Assembly: GCA_963662335.2 (NCBI GenBank)
Contig: CAXXVD010000002.1
Coordinates: forward strand, 32,001 to 96,000
From: Chloroflexota bacterium
GTDB taxonomy: Bacteria > Chloroflexota > UBA11872 > VXOZ01
Reading direction: 5' to 3'
Length of the DNA stretch: 64,000 nt
The notes beneath the pieces were generated by a model that ran no database searches, was not told where the DNA came from, and saw only the letters and a program-made list of their open reading frames with translations. Shown in pieces: positions 10,622 through 21,205 of the stretch (the first letter of the stretch is position 1; the number at the start of each line of letters is the position of its first letter). The position numbers and the translations under genes were made by a program.

Positions 10622-10696
10622 GGCGACGTAGCCAAGTGGTAAGGCGAGGGTCTGCAAAACCCTTATACAGCGGTTCGATTCCGCTCGTCGCCTCCA
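10622..10696 (+). tRNA. tRNA-Cys (GCA)
   Basis: Acceptor stem GGCGACG/CGTCGCC, D-loop AGTGGTAA, anticodon loop CTGCAAA, GGTTCGATTCC, encoded CCA. Confidence 0.97.
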
Positions 10697-10719
10697 GCAG
10701 TCGTTACCAGCAATCAGCC

Positions 10720-11105
10720 CGTCATGCCGGCGCAAGCCGGAATCCATCTGCGCCAGATGCCGCGCACGGTGTGCCGGACAGGGAACGGACCCTCATTGCT
10801 TCTGGTTCCCTCTCCCTGGGGCTATGGGCTCCCTCCTCGCGGCCTTGCCCCGCCGCCCCGTGCGGGGGACAAGCCCCCGCGCTACGATCAATCACTGCCA
10901 TGACAATAGCGCGGCTGCGTGCGTCATTCCCGCGTGCGCGGGAATCCATCTTCCCTGCCCACGCTCACCCCAGGCGGGGGACAAGCCCCCGCGCTACGTT
11001 AGTGCGACACCATCGGGGACAACCCCCCGCGGTACGTTAATGCGACAGCATTAGGGACAAGCTCAGCGCTACGGCCCTAGATTCCTCGCTTCGCTCGGAG
11101 TGACG
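10720..11105. repeat. REP-like cluster including tandem MITE-1 end fragments
   Basis: GGGGACAAGCCCCCGCGCTACG several times, TTA(A/G)TGCGACA ends, ATTCCC-N8-GGGAAT, AGATTCCTCGCTTCGCTCGG. Confidence 0.8.
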
Positions 11106-11140
11106 AGGAATGGCGCCAGTGTGAACGGCAGCCGGGCCGT

Positions 11141-11935
11141 TTACACCAGGAACGAGCGGAGCACGTGGCGGAGCGCGGTTTGCTGTTGCGCGATGCGGTC
11201 GGGCAGGGGCAGCCGGCCGGGGGTCTCGAAGCCCACCACGCGCCGGATGACGCCGTGCCGCAGCAGGGTCGGTTCCAGAGCGCCTGAGCGGCCGGCGCGG
11301 ACAGAGCCGGGGTTAGAGACCACCAGGCCGCCGCGGTTGTAGTTGCCGTCCACGTGGTCCGTCGCGCATACCGGGTGGCCCGCCGCCGCCAGCGCGTCCA
11401 GCAGCGCCACGTCGTCGGCCACGATGCGCGCAAACAGCGCCCGCTCCCGCACGCCGCTCTCGTACATGTAGAAGCACGGGGACGTCACGTCCTCGTGCAG
11501 GGAGACCAGCAGTTCCGCCCGCTGCTGGCGCAGGAAGTCCAGCGCGATTTCGTTCTCCGGCTGGGCCGTGGGCCGGTCGAAGTGGCGGTTCAGGTCCACC
11601 ACGCCGTTGCCGCGAATGCCGCGGGCAAAGCCAACCGGATTGATGAGCGGCAGGCAGAGGAAGCGGACGCCCTCCAGATGGGCGTGGTTCGCCGCGTCTT
11701 CCCAGAACTGAAGCAGCGCCAGCGGCCCAGCGACTTCATCCCCGTGGGTGCCGGCCAGGATGATGGCGCTGCGGGGGCCGGCGCCCGCCGCCACCGCCAG
11801 CAGCGGGAACCGCAGGCCGAAGCGCTCAACCGCGCCGATCTCGGTCACGGAAAACTGGGGAAAACGGGCGCTGAGCGTCTGGTAGCGGCGCACCAGGTCA
11901 TGGACGCGGTTCGGGTCGCGGCGGGGCATCTTCAC
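11141..11935 (-). CDS. M14 zinc carboxypeptidase / AstE-MpaA-like hydrolase
   Basis: GTHGDE (HxxE), NPVG, DLNRHF, SLHED, FETP. Confidence 0.85.
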   Translation of the reverse strand: MKMPRRDPNRVHDLVRRYQTLSARFPQFSVTEIGAVERFGLRFPLLAVAAGAGPRSAIILAGTHGDEVAGPLALLQFWEDAANHAHLEGVRFLCLPLINPVGFARGIRGNGVVDLNRHFDRPTAQPENEIALDFLRQQRAELLVSLHEDVTSPCFYMYESGVRERALFARIVADDVALLDALAAAGHPVCATDHVDGNYNRGGLVVSNPGSVRAGRSGALEPTLLRHGVIRRVVGFETPGRLPLPDRIAQQQTALRHVLRSFLV

Positions 11936-12544
11936 CTAGGCGCTGTCCTGACGCCCCTGCAAGGCGCTCGCGATGGTGCTCTCGTCGGCGTACTCCAGAT
12001 CCGCGCCGGTGGGCAGTCCCCGCGCCAGGCGCGTGATGCGCTGGGCGAACGGCGCCGCCACCTGGGCCACGTAACTGGCCGTGGTGTCGCCTTCGTGGTC
12101 GGCGTCCATGGCCAGGATCAGTTCCGCCACCGGCCGCTCCCGCAGCCGCGCCACCAGTTCGCCAATCTTCACGTCCTCCACGTTGCGGCCTTCCAGCGGC
12201 GAGAGCGAGCCGTGGAGCACGTGGTAGAGGCCGGCGTAAAGCCCGGTGCGCTCGATCGCCAGCAGGTCCAGCGGCTCCTCCACCACGCAGACGCGGGTCT
12301 GGTCGCGCTCCGGGTCCTGGCAGATGGGGCAGGGATCGCGCTCGCTGAGGTTGAAGCAGCGGGCGCACCAGACCGTCTGGGCGCGCAGGTTCATCAGGGC
12401 CGTTGCCAGGTTGCGGGCCAGGTCCGGCGAGGAACGGAGCAGATAGAACGCCAGCCGTTGCGCCGTGCGCGGGCCGATGCCGGGCAGCCGGGTTAACTCC
12501 TCGATGAGCCGCGCTACGGGCGCCGGCAGGCTCATCCGTGCCAC
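11936..12544 (-). CDS. recR: Recombination mediator RecR
   Basis: LPGIGPRTAQRLAF HhH, C4 zinc finger, Toprim, RLARGLPTGADLEYAD. Confidence 0.97.
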   Translation of the reverse strand: MARMSLPAPVARLIEELTRLPGIGPRTAQRLAFYLLRSSPDLARNLATALMNLRAQTVWCARCFNLSERDPCPICQDPERDQTRVCVVEEPLDLLAIERTGLYAGLYHVLHGSLSPLEGRNVEDVKIGELVARLRERPVAELILAMDADHEGDTTASYVAQVAAPFAQRITRLARGLPTGADLEYADESTIASALQGRQDSA

Positions 12545-12562
12545 CGCTTCGCTTTCTCCATG

Positions 12563-12889
12563 CTAGAACATACCGGGGATATTCATCCCGCCCGTCACTG
12601 CCGAGAGGCGCCGGCTGGCAAGTTCTTGCGACTTCTCCACGGCGTCGTTGACGGCGGCCGCGAGCAGGTCTTGCAGCATCTCCAGCCCATCCTCGTCGAT
12701 CTCGCCCTCCGGCGTGACGGCCGCCTCCAGCACGCCCGGGTCTATCTGAACGGACTGGACCTGCTGGTGGCCGGTCATCACCACCGTCACCGCCCCGCCG
12801 CCGGCGGCGCCTGCGACCGTCTCGCGTCCCAATTCTTCCTGGATCTTCGTCATCTTTTGCTGCATTTGGCGCAGCATCTTCATCGACAT
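12563..12889 (-). CDS. ybaB: YbaB/EbfC nucleoid-associated protein
   Basis: GAAGGGAVTVVMTG, EMLQDLLAAAVNDA; upstream of recR. Confidence 0.95.
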   Translation of the reverse strand: MSMKMLRQMQQKMTKIQEELGRETVAGAAGGGAVTVVMTGHQQVQSVQIDPGVLEAAVTPEGEIDEDGLEMLQDLLAAAVNDAVEKSQELASRRLSAVTGGMNIPGMF

Positions 12890-13009
12890 CTCCGGCTCTC
12901 CCTCGCTTGCGGCTGTGTATTCCCCAGCATACCAGATGGGCCGCGCCGCGAATAGGCGGGGCGCGCGTTCAAAGCGGCGGCTGTCACGCCGGCGCGGGCG
13001 GAGCCGTCC

Positions 13010-13039
13010 TTTACTTTTGCCGCTGGCATTGACTATAAT
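13010..13039 (+). promoter_or_regulatory. Candidate sigma70 promoter for rpsA
   Basis: TTTACT - 18 nt - TATAAT. Confidence 0.5.
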
Positions 13040-13122
13040 GGTGCCAGACCACACGCGGCCCGGCGCGCGTGTCCGGCCTTGCGTGGCGGCGGCAATACGT
13101 GAGCGAAGATTAAGGATAGCCA

Positions 13123-14322
13123 GTGCAAGAATCACCAACGACCGAAGAAGCGGTAGCGACCGAAGAAGCGATGACGATGGAGTCTCTCCTGGGAGAGATC
13201 GAAAGCTCCATTCGCACGGTGCGGCGCGGAGACGTGGTTGAGGGCGTCGTGGTGCAGGCGGCCGCGGACGAGATCATGGTGGACATCGGCCTCAAGGCGG
13301 AAGGCGTCGTCTCCGGCAGAGAACTGGCGCGCATGGACGAAGCGGTGGAGATGGACGTCGGTGAGAAGGTGCTGGTCTACGTGGTGAACCCGGAAACCGC
13401 CGAGGGGCACGCGCTCCTCTCCATCCGGCGGGCCATGGCCGAGCGCGCCTGGCGGGAGATCGACGAGCGCTACCAGAACGGCGAAATTCTGGAAACGACC
13501 GTCATCGACGCCAACAAGGGCGGCGTCATCGTGGATATTGGGCTGCGCGGCTTCGTGCCCAGTTCCCAGCTTGTTTCCCTGGAGCGCCCCCCGAACCGCG
13601 ACGCCAGTGAAGAAGACCTGCTGGCGCGCCTCTCCGAACTCATCGGACGTGACCTCAAGCTGAAGATCATCGAGGTTGACCGCCGCCGCAACCGGCTCAT
13701 CCTCTCCGAGCGCCTGGCGGAGCGCGAGATGCGCGCCCAGCAGCGCGAAAAGTTGCTCAAGGAACTGGAAGTCGGCCAAACGCGCGAAGGCGTGGTGAGC
13801 AACCTGTGCAGCTTCGGCGCGTTCGTCGACCTGGGCGGCGCCGACGGCCTCGTCCACATATCCGAAATCTCCTGGAGCCGGGTGGAAGACCCCGGCGAGG
13901 TGCTGCAGGTGGCGCAAAAAGTAACCGTCTGCGTGCTCAGCCTGGACCACGAGAGCAAGAAGATCGGCCTCTCGATCAAGCGCACCCAGAAAGACCCGTG
14001 GGAAGGCATCGAGGCGCGGTACCCGGTGGGCAAAGAGGTGCCGGGCATCATCATCAAGATTGCGCCGTTTGGCGCGTTCGTGCGCGTGGAGGACGGCATC
14101 GAGGGCCTGGCGCACAATTCCGAAATGTCGCCCGAGGGGCGCGACCTGCTGCAAGAAGGGGTGGAACTCACCTTCCGCGTGCTCAGCGCCGACCCCCAGC
14201 GCCACCGCATGAGGTTGTCCCCGCTGGACTTGGAAGAGAAACTGGCGCACCTGAGGGACGCGGCGGACGAGGAATCCGCCCTGGACGAGGCTGAGGAGGA
14301 GCGCCCCACGCAAGAGGACTAG
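13123..14322 (+). CDS. rpsA: 30S ribosomal protein S1 (four S1 domains)
   Basis: VDIGLKAEG, RGFVPSSQL, FGAFVDLGGADGLVHISEISW, FGAFVRVEDGIEGL. Confidence 0.93.
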   Translation: MQESPTTEEAVATEEAMTMESLLGEIESSIRTVRRGDVVEGVVVQAAADEIMVDIGLKAEGVVSGRELARMDEAVEMDVGEKVLVYVVNPETAEGHALLSIRRAMAERAWREIDERYQNGEILETTVIDANKGGVIVDIGLRGFVPSSQLVSLERPPNRDASEEDLLARLSELIGRDLKLKIIEVDRRRNRLILSERLAEREMRAQQREKLLKELEVGQTREGVVSNLCSFGAFVDLGGADGLVHISEISWSRVEDPGEVLQVAQKVTVCVLSLDHESKKIGLSIKRTQKDPWEGIEARYPVGKEVPGIIIKIAPFGAFVRVEDGIEGLAHNSEMSPEGRDLLQEGVELTFRVLSADPQRHRMRLSPLDLEEKLAHLRDAADEESALDEAEEERPTQED

Positions 14323-14396
14323 CGGGCCGGCCGCGGCGCCGGACGTTCGCGCAGCGCCGCTTGCGCCGCGCGCGGCAGGGACCCAGGAGCATTGCC

Positions 14397-15122
14397 GTGA
14401 GTCCCATATACGACAAATACACGGAGCGCGCGAAGCGGACTCTCGCACTGGCGACGGAAGAGGCGCGCCGGTTCAACCATAACTACATCGGCACCGAGCA
14501 CCTGTTGCTGGGGCTGGTGCGGGGGGAAGAAGGCATAGCCGCGCGGGTGCTCGCCGACCTGGGAGTGGACATCGGCAAGACGCGCAGCGCAGTAGAATTC
14601 ATTATTGGGCGCGGCGACCACGTAAGAGTCGGCGACATCAGCCTGACGCCCCGCGCCAAGAAGGCCATCGAATTCGCTACGGAAGAGTCGCGCCGCCTGG
14701 GGCACAACTACATCGGTACCGAGCACATCCTGCTGGGCATGGTGCGCGAAGGCGAAGGGATTGCGGCAGGCATCCTGGAGACCCTGGGCGTAGACCTGGA
14801 CAAGCTGCGGCAACGGATTATCCAGGCGGTGGCAAGTCCCGGCGCACCGGCGCGGCAGGGCCTACCAGCCGCTACCGGAGAAGCGGCGCAACGCCAGGCG
14901 GCAGACCGGCTCGGTTACACGCCGGCCGCCAGGAAGGCGCTCAGGCTGGCGGCGGATGAGGCGCGCCGGTTGGGTCGCAGCGAAGTTGGCGCCGGCCACC
15001 TGCTCCTGGGCCTGGCGCGCGATGAAGAAGGTATCGCGGCAGGCATTTTGGTGAGTCTGGGCGTGAATCTGGAGCAGGTACGCCAACGGGTTATGCAAGC
15101 GGGGAACCAGGAACCGGAGTGA
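14397..15122 (+). CDS. Stand-alone Clp N-terminal domain protein (three Clp-N repeats, no ATPase)
   Basis: First ~145 aa closely match the N-domain of the adjacent ClpC; own AGGAG RBS and stop codon. Confidence 0.88.
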   Translation: MSPIYDKYTERAKRTLALATEEARRFNHNYIGTEHLLLGLVRGEEGIAARVLADLGVDIGKTRSAVEFIIGRGDHVRVGDISLTPRAKKAIEFATEESRRLGHNYIGTEHILLGMVREGEGIAAGILETLGVDLDKLRQRIIQAVASPGAPARQGLPAATGEAAQRQAADRLGYTPAARKALRLAADEARRLGRSEVGAGHLLLGLARDEEGIAAGILVSLGVNLEQVRQRVMQAGNQEPE

Positions 15123-15141
15123 TCCCAGGAGTGAATACGTC

Positions 15142-17607
15142 GTGAGTCCTCTGTACGACAAGTATACGGACCGCGCGAAGCGGGTGCTGGCGCTGGCGAC
15201 GGAAGAGGCGCGCCGGTTCAACCATAACTACATCGGCACCGAACACCTGCTGCTGGGGCTCGTGCGCGAAGGCGAGGGCATCGCCGCCAAGGTGCTCTAC
15301 GACATGGGGGTGGAACTCACCAAGGTGCGCGGCGCGGTGGAGTTCATCATCGGGCGCGGCGAGCGCGTGAACGTGGGCGACATCAGCCTGACGCCCCGCG
15401 CCAAGAAGGTCATCGAGCTTGCCACGGAAGAAGCGCGCCGCCTGGGGCACAACTACATCGGCACCGAGCACCTGCTCCTGGGCCTGGTGCGCGAAGGCGA
15501 GGGCATCGCCGCCGGCGTGCTGGAAAGCCTGGGCGTGAGCCTGGAGAAGGTGCGCCAGCGCGTCATCCAGGCGGTCAGCCAGCAACCCTCGCGCCTGACC
15601 CACGAGAGCGGCGGCCGCCAGTCCACCTCGCGCACTCCTTTGATCGACCAGATGGGCATCGACCTCACCGCCGCGGCCCGCGCGGAGAAACTCGACCCCG
15701 TCATCGGCCGCCAGCAGGAAATCGAGCGCGTGGTGCAGATACTCTCGCGCCGCACCAAGAACAATCCCGCCCTCATCGGCGAGCCCGGCGTCGGCAAGAC
15801 CGCGATCGTGGAAGGCCTGGCGCAACGGGTGGTCGAGGGCGACGTGCCGGAAACCCTGCTGGGCAAGCGCCTGCTGACCCTGGACATCGGCGCGTTGGTA
15901 GCCGGCACCAAGTACCGCGGCGAGTTCGAAGAACGGCTCAAGAAGATTCTGGAAGAGATTCGCGGCTCCGGCGACTGCATGCTCTTCATCGACGAACTCC
16001 ACACGTTGGTCGGGGCCGGCGCGGCCGAAGGCGCGGTGGACGCGGCCAATATCCTCAAACCGGCCCTGGCGCGCGGCGAACTGCAATGCATCGGCGCCAC
16101 CACCCTGGACGAATACCGCAAGTACATCGAGCGCGACGCCGCTTTGGAACGCCGTTTCCAGCCCGTGCACGTGCGCGAACTCGACATCGAAGAGACGATC
16201 GCCGTGCTTCAGGGCGTCAAGGAGGCCTATGAGGAGCACCATAAGGTGCACATCGTCGACGAAGCCATCAAAGTGGCGGCGGAGATGTCCGGCCGCTACG
16301 TCACCGACCGCTTCCTGCCGGACAAGGCGATCGACCTTATCGACGAGGCGTCCTCGCGGGTGCGCATCCAGCAGGCCAATACCTCCAACGCGCTGCGCAA
16401 CGCGGTGAAGGACCTGGACGGCATCGTGCGCGAAAAAGAGGACGCCATCGAGGGCCGCCAGTACGACGAGGCGGTTGGGTTGGGCGAGAAAGAGGCCGAG
16501 TTGCGCAAGCAGATCGAAAACCTGGAATCGGACTGGCCGAACCAGGAAGAGAAGTGGCCCGAGGTCACCAAAGAGGACGTGGCGACCGTGGTCTCCATGT
16601 GGACCGGCATTCCGGTGACGCGCATCGCCCAGGAGGAATCCGACCGGCTGCTTCACATGGAAGAAAACCTGCACCGGAAAGTGGTAAGCCAAGAAGAGGC
16701 GGTGAGTAACGTCTCCAAGGCCGTGCGGCGCGCGCGCGCCGGCCTGAAAGACCCCAAGCGGCCGATTGGCTCCTTCATCTTCGTCGGTCCCACGGGCTCC
16801 GGCAAGACCTATCTGGCGCGGGCGCTGGCAGAGTTCATGTTTGGCAGCAGCGACGCTATGGTCCTCCTGGATATGTCGGAGTACATGGAGAAGCATACGA
16901 TCTCCCGCTTGGTGGGCGCGCCGCCGGGCTACGTGGGCTACGAAGAAGGCGGCCAACTCACTGAAGCGGTGCGGCGGCGCAGCTATTCGGTGGTGCTGCT
17001 GGACGAAATCGAGAAAGCCCACCCGGACGTCTTCAACGTGCTGCTGCAAATCATGGAAGACGGACGCCTCACCGACGGCAAGGGCCGCACGGTGGACTTC
17101 CGCAACACGATTCTCATCATGACCTCCAACGTGGGCGCGCACCTGATCAAGCGCGACGCCGCCATCGGTTTCAAGCTGGACGCCTCCGACCTGCGCACGG
17201 AAGACCAGATGTATAAGGAGATGCGGGAACGGGTGATGGCGGAGATCAAGAAGACCTTCCGCCCCGAGTTCCTGAATCGCGTGGATAGCGTCGTCACGTT
17301 CCGCCACCTCTCGAAAGCGGACATCATCAACATCGTGGACATCCAACTCGCCGAGGTGCAGGCCCGCCTCACCGAGCAGGAGATCACGCTGGAAGTGACC
17401 GACGACGCCAAGGAACTGCTGGTGGAACAGGGCTACGACCCGGACAACGGCGCGCGGCCGCTGCGGCGGGTGATCCAAAACCTGATCGAGAACGAGCTTG
17501 CCGAAGGCCTGCTGGCGGAGAATTTCCACGCCGGCGATACGGTGGTCATAGACCGCGACGGCGAGGCGCTGCGCCTGGACGTGCGCGTGCTGGTTGAGCA
17601 GGCGTAA
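15142..17607 (+). CDS. clpC: ATP-dependent Clp protease ATPase ClpC
   Basis: Clp-N repeats, [11 protein letters not shown]-like M domain, [11 protein letters not shown] ClpP-docking loop. Confidence 0.97.
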   Translation: MSPLYDKYTDRAKRVLALATEEARRFNHNYIGTEHLLLGLVREGEGIAAKVLYDMGVELTKVRGAVEFIIGRGERVNVGDISLTPRAKKVIELATEEARRLGHNYIGTEHLLLGLVREGEGIAAGVLESLGVSLEKVRQRVIQAVSQQPSRLTHESGGRQSTSRTPLIDQMGIDLTAAARAEKLDPVIGRQQEIERVVQILSRRTKNNPALIGEPGVGKTAIVEGLAQRVVEGDVPETLLGKRLLTLDIGALVAGTKYRGEFEERLKKILEEIRGSGDCMLFIDELHTLVGAGAAEGAVDAANILKPALARGELQCIGATTLDEYRKYIERDAALERRFQPVHVRELDIEETIAVLQGVKEAYEEHHKVHIVDEAIKVAAEMSGRYVTDRFLPDKAIDLIDEASSRVRIQQANTSNALRNAVKDLDGIVREKEDAIEGRQYDEAVGLGEKEAELRKQIENLESDWPNQEEKWPEVTKEDVATVVSMWTGIPVTRIAQEESDRLLHMEENLHRKVVSQEEAVSNVSKAVRRARAGLKDPKRPIGSFIFVGPTGSGKTYLARALAEFMFGSSDAMVLLDMSEYMEKHTISRLVGAPPGYVGYEEGGQLTEAVRRRSYSVVLLDEIEKAHPDVFNVLLQIMEDGRLTDGKGRTVDFRNTILIMTSNVGAHLIKRDAAIGFKLDASDLRTEDQMYKEMRERVMAEIKKTFRPEFLNRVDSVVTFRHLSKADIINIVDIQLAEVQARLTEQEITLEVTDDAKELLVEQGYDPDNGARPLRRVIQNLIENELAEGLLAENFHAGDTVVIDRDGEALRLDVRVLVEQA

Positions 17608-17613
17608 GTCGGC

Positions 17614-19053
17614 GTGAGCAAGGCCAAGAGCGTCTTCGTCTGCGAACAGTGCGGCCACGAATCCCCCAAGTGGGCCGGCCAGTGTCCCTCGTGCCAAAGC
17701 TGGAACAGCTTGGTGGAGAGCGTGCAGCGCGAGGCGGCCCCGCGCGGACGGGGCGTCGGCGCGCGCTCGCCCGCCGGCGCGACCCAGGCCCGCAAGCTCC
17801 AGGATATAGCCCCGACCGACCTCATCCGCATTCCGGTGCCCATCGGCGAACTCCACCGCGTGCTGGGCGGCGGCCTGGTGCCGGGCAGCGCCGTGCTCCT
17901 CGCCGGTGACCCGGGCATCGGCAAGTCTACGCTCCTGCTCCAGTTTGCGATCGCGTTGGCGCACGCCGACCGGCCGGTGCTCTACGTTTCCGGCGAGGAG
18001 AGCGCGGGCCAGATTCGCCTGCGCGCCTCGCGGCTCGGTCTCGAGCCGCAGGAACTCTACGTGCTCGCCGAAATCGGCCTGGAGGACGTTCTGGACGCCA
18101 TCGCGCAGGTGCGGCCCGGGCTGGTCATCATCGACTCGATTCAGACCCTGGTGAGCGCGGAACTTAGCGGCGTGCCGGGCAGCATCGGCCAGGTGCGCGA
18201 GTGCGCCTCACAGTTGGTGGCGTTGGCCAAGCAGACGGGCGTCACCCTCTTCCTGGTCGGCCACGTGACCAAAGAGGGGTCCGTGGCCGGGCCGAAGACC
18301 CTGGAGCACATGGTGGACACCGTGCTCGCCTTGGCCGGCGACCAGCACCACAACTATCGCATTCTCAAGGCCACCAAGAACCGCTTTGGCTCCACCAACG
18401 AGGTGGGCATCTTCGCCATGCAGGAGCGGGGACTGGTGGAGGTTCCCAACCCCTCGGCGGCCTTTCTGGCGGAGCGGGAGCCGAATCCGGGCTCTGCCAT
18501 TGCCGTGCCGCTGGAAGGCTCGCGTCCGCTGCTGGTGGAGGTGCAGGCGCTGGTGACGTACAGTCCGCTGGCGGTGCCGCGCCGCATGGCCAACGGCTTC
18601 GATCAGAGCCGCCTGCACATGCTGCTGGCGGTGCTCACCAAGCGCGCCGGCGTGCGCCTGGCCGACCAGGACGTATACGTGAATGTGGTCGGCGGTCTGG
18701 AACTGGATGAACCGGCGGTGGACCTGGCAGTCTGCCTGGCGATTGCCTCCAGCGCGGCGGACGTGGCGCTGCCGGGCGATCTGGTCGCCCTGGGCGAGGT
18801 GGGCCTGGCCGGTGAACTGCGCAGCGTCTTCAAGCTGGAAGAGCGCGCGCAGGAAGCGGCGCGGCGCGGCTATAATCGGGTGCTCCTGCCGCGCGCGAGC
18901 AAAATCGGCGCGCTTGGCGCCGCGCGGCCGGCGTTATCCCGCGCCGAGAGCGTGCGGCAGGCGATACGGATTGCGCTGGGCAAAGGGCCGGCCGAGCGCC
19001 GGGAAGAAGGGCGGGAAGCCGCTGCGGCGCGCGCTTCGACAGGCTCAGCGTGA
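17614..19053 (+). CDS. radA: DNA repair protein RadA/Sms
   Basis: C4 zinc finger, GDPGIGKST, KNRFG. Confidence 0.97.
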   Translation: MSKAKSVFVCEQCGHESPKWAGQCPSCQSWNSLVESVQREAAPRGRGVGARSPAGATQARKLQDIAPTDLIRIPVPIGELHRVLGGGLVPGSAVLLAGDPGIGKSTLLLQFAIALAHADRPVLYVSGEESAGQIRLRASRLGLEPQELYVLAEIGLEDVLDAIAQVRPGLVIIDSIQTLVSAELSGVPGSIGQVRECASQLVALAKQTGVTLFLVGHVTKEGSVAGPKTLEHMVDTVLALAGDQHHNYRILKATKNRFGSTNEVGIFAMQERGLVEVPNPSAAFLAEREPNPGSAIAVPLEGSRPLLVEVQALVTYSPLAVPRRMANGFDQSRLHMLLAVLTKRAGVRLADQDVYVNVVGGLELDEPAVDLAVCLAIASSAADVALPGDLVALGEVGLAGELRSVFKLEERAQEAARRGYNRVLLPRASKIGALGAARPALSRAESVRQAIRIALGKGPAERREEGREAAAARASTGSA

Positions 19054-19139
19054 ACGGGCAGGACGACGGCCGGAGTGACGGAACGTAGCGCGGGGGCTTG
19101 TCCCCCGCTGGCGCGAGGAATACGGCGCTCGTGACGGAC

Positions 19140-19835
19140 ATGGCTCTGGCCGCCATCATCGTCGGCGCGGGACGCAGCCGCCGCATGGCGGGGCAGGACA
19201 AGCTCTACGCGCCGCTCGCTGCCGATGGACGGCCGGTGATTGCCGCGACCGTGGCGGTCTTTGAGGCGGCAGCGGCGGTCGCTGCCATCGTCCTCGTCGT
19301 TGCCCCGGAGCGGGTCGCCTACTGCCAGGAACTCGCTCAGAAGCGCGGTTGGCGCAAGATGCGCGCTGTCTGCGCGGGCGGGGCCAGCCGGGGCCACTCG
19401 GTGGCGCGCGGTTTGCAGGCGCTGCAAGACACGTCGGCCGCTTACGTGGCCGTGCACGACGCGGCCCGTCCCTTTGTGACGCCGGCGCTGATCGCCCGCG
19501 TGCTCAGCGCGGCGCAACAACACGGCGCGGCCGTCCCCGGTGTGCCCTGCGCCGATACCATCCGGCGGGTTGACGGCAACGAACGCGCGCTGGAGACGCT
19601 GCCGCGCGACGCCTTGCGCGCGATACAGACGCCCCAGGTCTTCAGCCGCCCGCTGCTGGAGCGCGCCTACGCCGCGCAAGCGGCGAATCTGGATTCGTTT
19701 ACCGACGACGCGGCGGTTGTCGAGGCCGCCGGCGCGCCCGTCTTCGTCGTGCCGGGGGACTATGGTAACATGAAGCTGACCACGCCCCGGGACTTGGCAT
19801 TCGCCCAGTGGCTGGCGCGGAACGTGTCCGCATGA
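19140..19835 (+). CDS. ispD: 2-C-methyl-D-erythritol 4-phosphate cytidylyltransferase
   Basis: GAGRSRRM, VHDAARP, QTPQVF, TDDA, KLTTPRD. Confidence 0.95.
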   Translation: MALAAIIVGAGRSRRMAGQDKLYAPLAADGRPVIAATVAVFEAAAAVAAIVLVVAPERVAYCQELAQKRGWRKMRAVCAGGASRGHSVARGLQALQDTSAAYVAVHDAARPFVTPALIARVLSAAQQHGAAVPGVPCADTIRRVDGNERALETLPRDALRAIQTPQVFSRPLLERAYAAQAANLDSFTDDAAVVEAAGAPVFVVPGDYGNMKLTTPRDLAFAQWLARNVSA

Positions 19836-19864
19836 CGTGAACACACGGAGCAAAGCTAAAGGAG

Positions 19865-20410
19865 ATGGAAGCGGGCGCTCACGAGCGGAAACTGCCCGCA
19901 CTGCGCGTCGGCAGCGGCTACGACGTGCACCGTCTCGTTCCCGGTCGCCCGCTGGTGCTTGGGGGTGTGCGCATCCCGCATGAACAGGGTCTCGCCGGCC
20001 ACTCGGACGCCGACGTGTTGGCCCACGCCATCATGGACGCGCTGCTCGGCGCGGCGGCGCTGCCGGACATCGGACAGCAGTTTCCGCCCGGCGACCCGCG
20101 CTACGCCGGCGCGAATAGCTTGCAATTATTGAACAACGTGCGTAAGCTACTGGCTGAACGGCAGTGGCGCGTCGTCAACGTAGACAGTACAATCGCGGCG
20201 CAAGCGCCGCGGCTGGCGGACTACATACCGGCCATGCGGGACAACGTTGCCCGCGCGTTGAAAGTGGAAAGCGTGAACGTAGGCATAAAAGCCACCACGA
20301 CCGAAGGACTGGACGCCATCGGCGCCGGCCGGGGCATCGCGGCGCACGCCGTGGCCCTGCTGGCGCATGACCCCTCGTTGCAAGACTGCGCGTGTATCAC
20401 GCCCCGCTAG
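19865..20410 (+). CDS. ispF: MECDP synthase
   Basis: GYDVHRL, GHSDADV, DIGQQFP, KATTTEGL. Confidence 0.96.
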   Translation: MEAGAHERKLPALRVGSGYDVHRLVPGRPLVLGGVRIPHEQGLAGHSDADVLAHAIMDALLGAAALPDIGQQFPPGDPRYAGANSLQLLNNVRKLLAERQWRVVNVDSTIAAQAPRLADYIPAMRDNVARALKVESVNVGIKATTTEGLDAIGAGRGIAAHAVALLAHDPSLQDCACITPR

Positions 20411-20421
20411 GGGCCTTTTTT
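20401..20421 (+). terminator. Short intrinsic terminator-like hairpin after ispF
   Basis: GCCCC-GCTA-GGGGC followed by a T-run. Confidence 0.45.
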
Positions 20422-20515
20422 GTGGCGCACGCCGGTTGTCCGCGGTCCGGCGCGCGCGAGTGACGACGGCGGCGCGCCGCGCCGCAACGCAGTGTTGAGA
20501 CGAGGGAAGCAACCT

Positions 20516-21205
20516 ATGAGCATACTCCATACGCTGCGGCAGGACATCGACGCAGCGCTGGAACGCGACCCTGCCGCCCGCAACGTAATCGAAATCGTCT
20601 TGGCCTATCCGGGCGTGCACGCCATCTGGTTCTACCGCCTTACGCGCGCCCTGTGGCAGGCGGGCGTGCCGGTCCTGCCCCGCGTGCTCTCCCATTTTGC
20701 CCGCTTTCTCACCGGCATCGAGATTCACCCGGGCGCGCGGCTGGGCCCGGGCCTCTTCATCGACCACGGCATGGGTGTGGTGATTGGCGAGACCGCGGAA
20801 GTGGGCCGCAACGTGACGCTCTACCAGGGTGTGACCCTGGGCGCGCAGACGCTGCACACCGGCAAGCGCCATCCCACCTTGTGCGACAACGTGGTCGTCG
20901 GCGCGGGCGGCAAGATCCTGGGGCCGGTGACGGTCGGCGAGGGGTGCGTCATTGGGGCCGGGGCCGTGGTTGTCAACGATGTGCCGCCCCACGCCACCGT
21001 GGTGGGCGTGCCGGGCCACGTGGTCGCCATGCGCGACCCGCACACCGGCGAAAGCGCGCGCGTGGTGCAGCCGGACCCCATGGCGGAAGCGCTCTACGCC
21101 TTGCAGAAGCGCGTCGTAGACTTGGAAGCGCGGTTGGCCCGCTTCGAGAATGAAGAACCGCCGCCGCAGCGCGAGGAGATGCTGGAGAAGTGCCGTGACG
21201 CTTAG
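20516..21205 (+). CDS. cysE: Serine O-acetyltransferase
   Basis: [34 protein letters not shown]. Confidence 0.95.
   Translation: MSILHTLRQDIDAALERDPAARNVIEIVLAYPGVHAIWFYRLTRALWQAGVPVLPRVLSHFARFLTGIEIHPGARLGPGLFIDHGMGVVIGETAEVGRNVTLYQGVTLGAQTLHTGKRHPTLCDNVVVGAGGKILGPVTVGEGCVIGAGAVVVNDVPPHATVVGVPGHVVAMRDPHTGESARVVQPDPMAEALYALQKRVVDLEARLARFENEEPPPQREEMLEKCRDA

Noticed and set aside
10622-10696. tRNA-Cys as an integration site
   Set aside because: No integrase and no duplicated tRNA 3' end seen in the window
10974-11072. Roughly 39-bp periodic repeats resembling a mini CRISPR array
   Set aside because: The intervening segments are themselves repeats (MITE-1 TIR), not unique spacers, and there are no cas genes
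15091-17964. 957-aa antisense ORF over clpC, and similar long shadow ORFs throughout
   Set aside because: Expected artefact of high GC3 codon bias opposite real genes; no recognisable motifs
20410-20515. T-box leader before cysE-cysS
   Set aside because: Region too short and no T-box consensus visible
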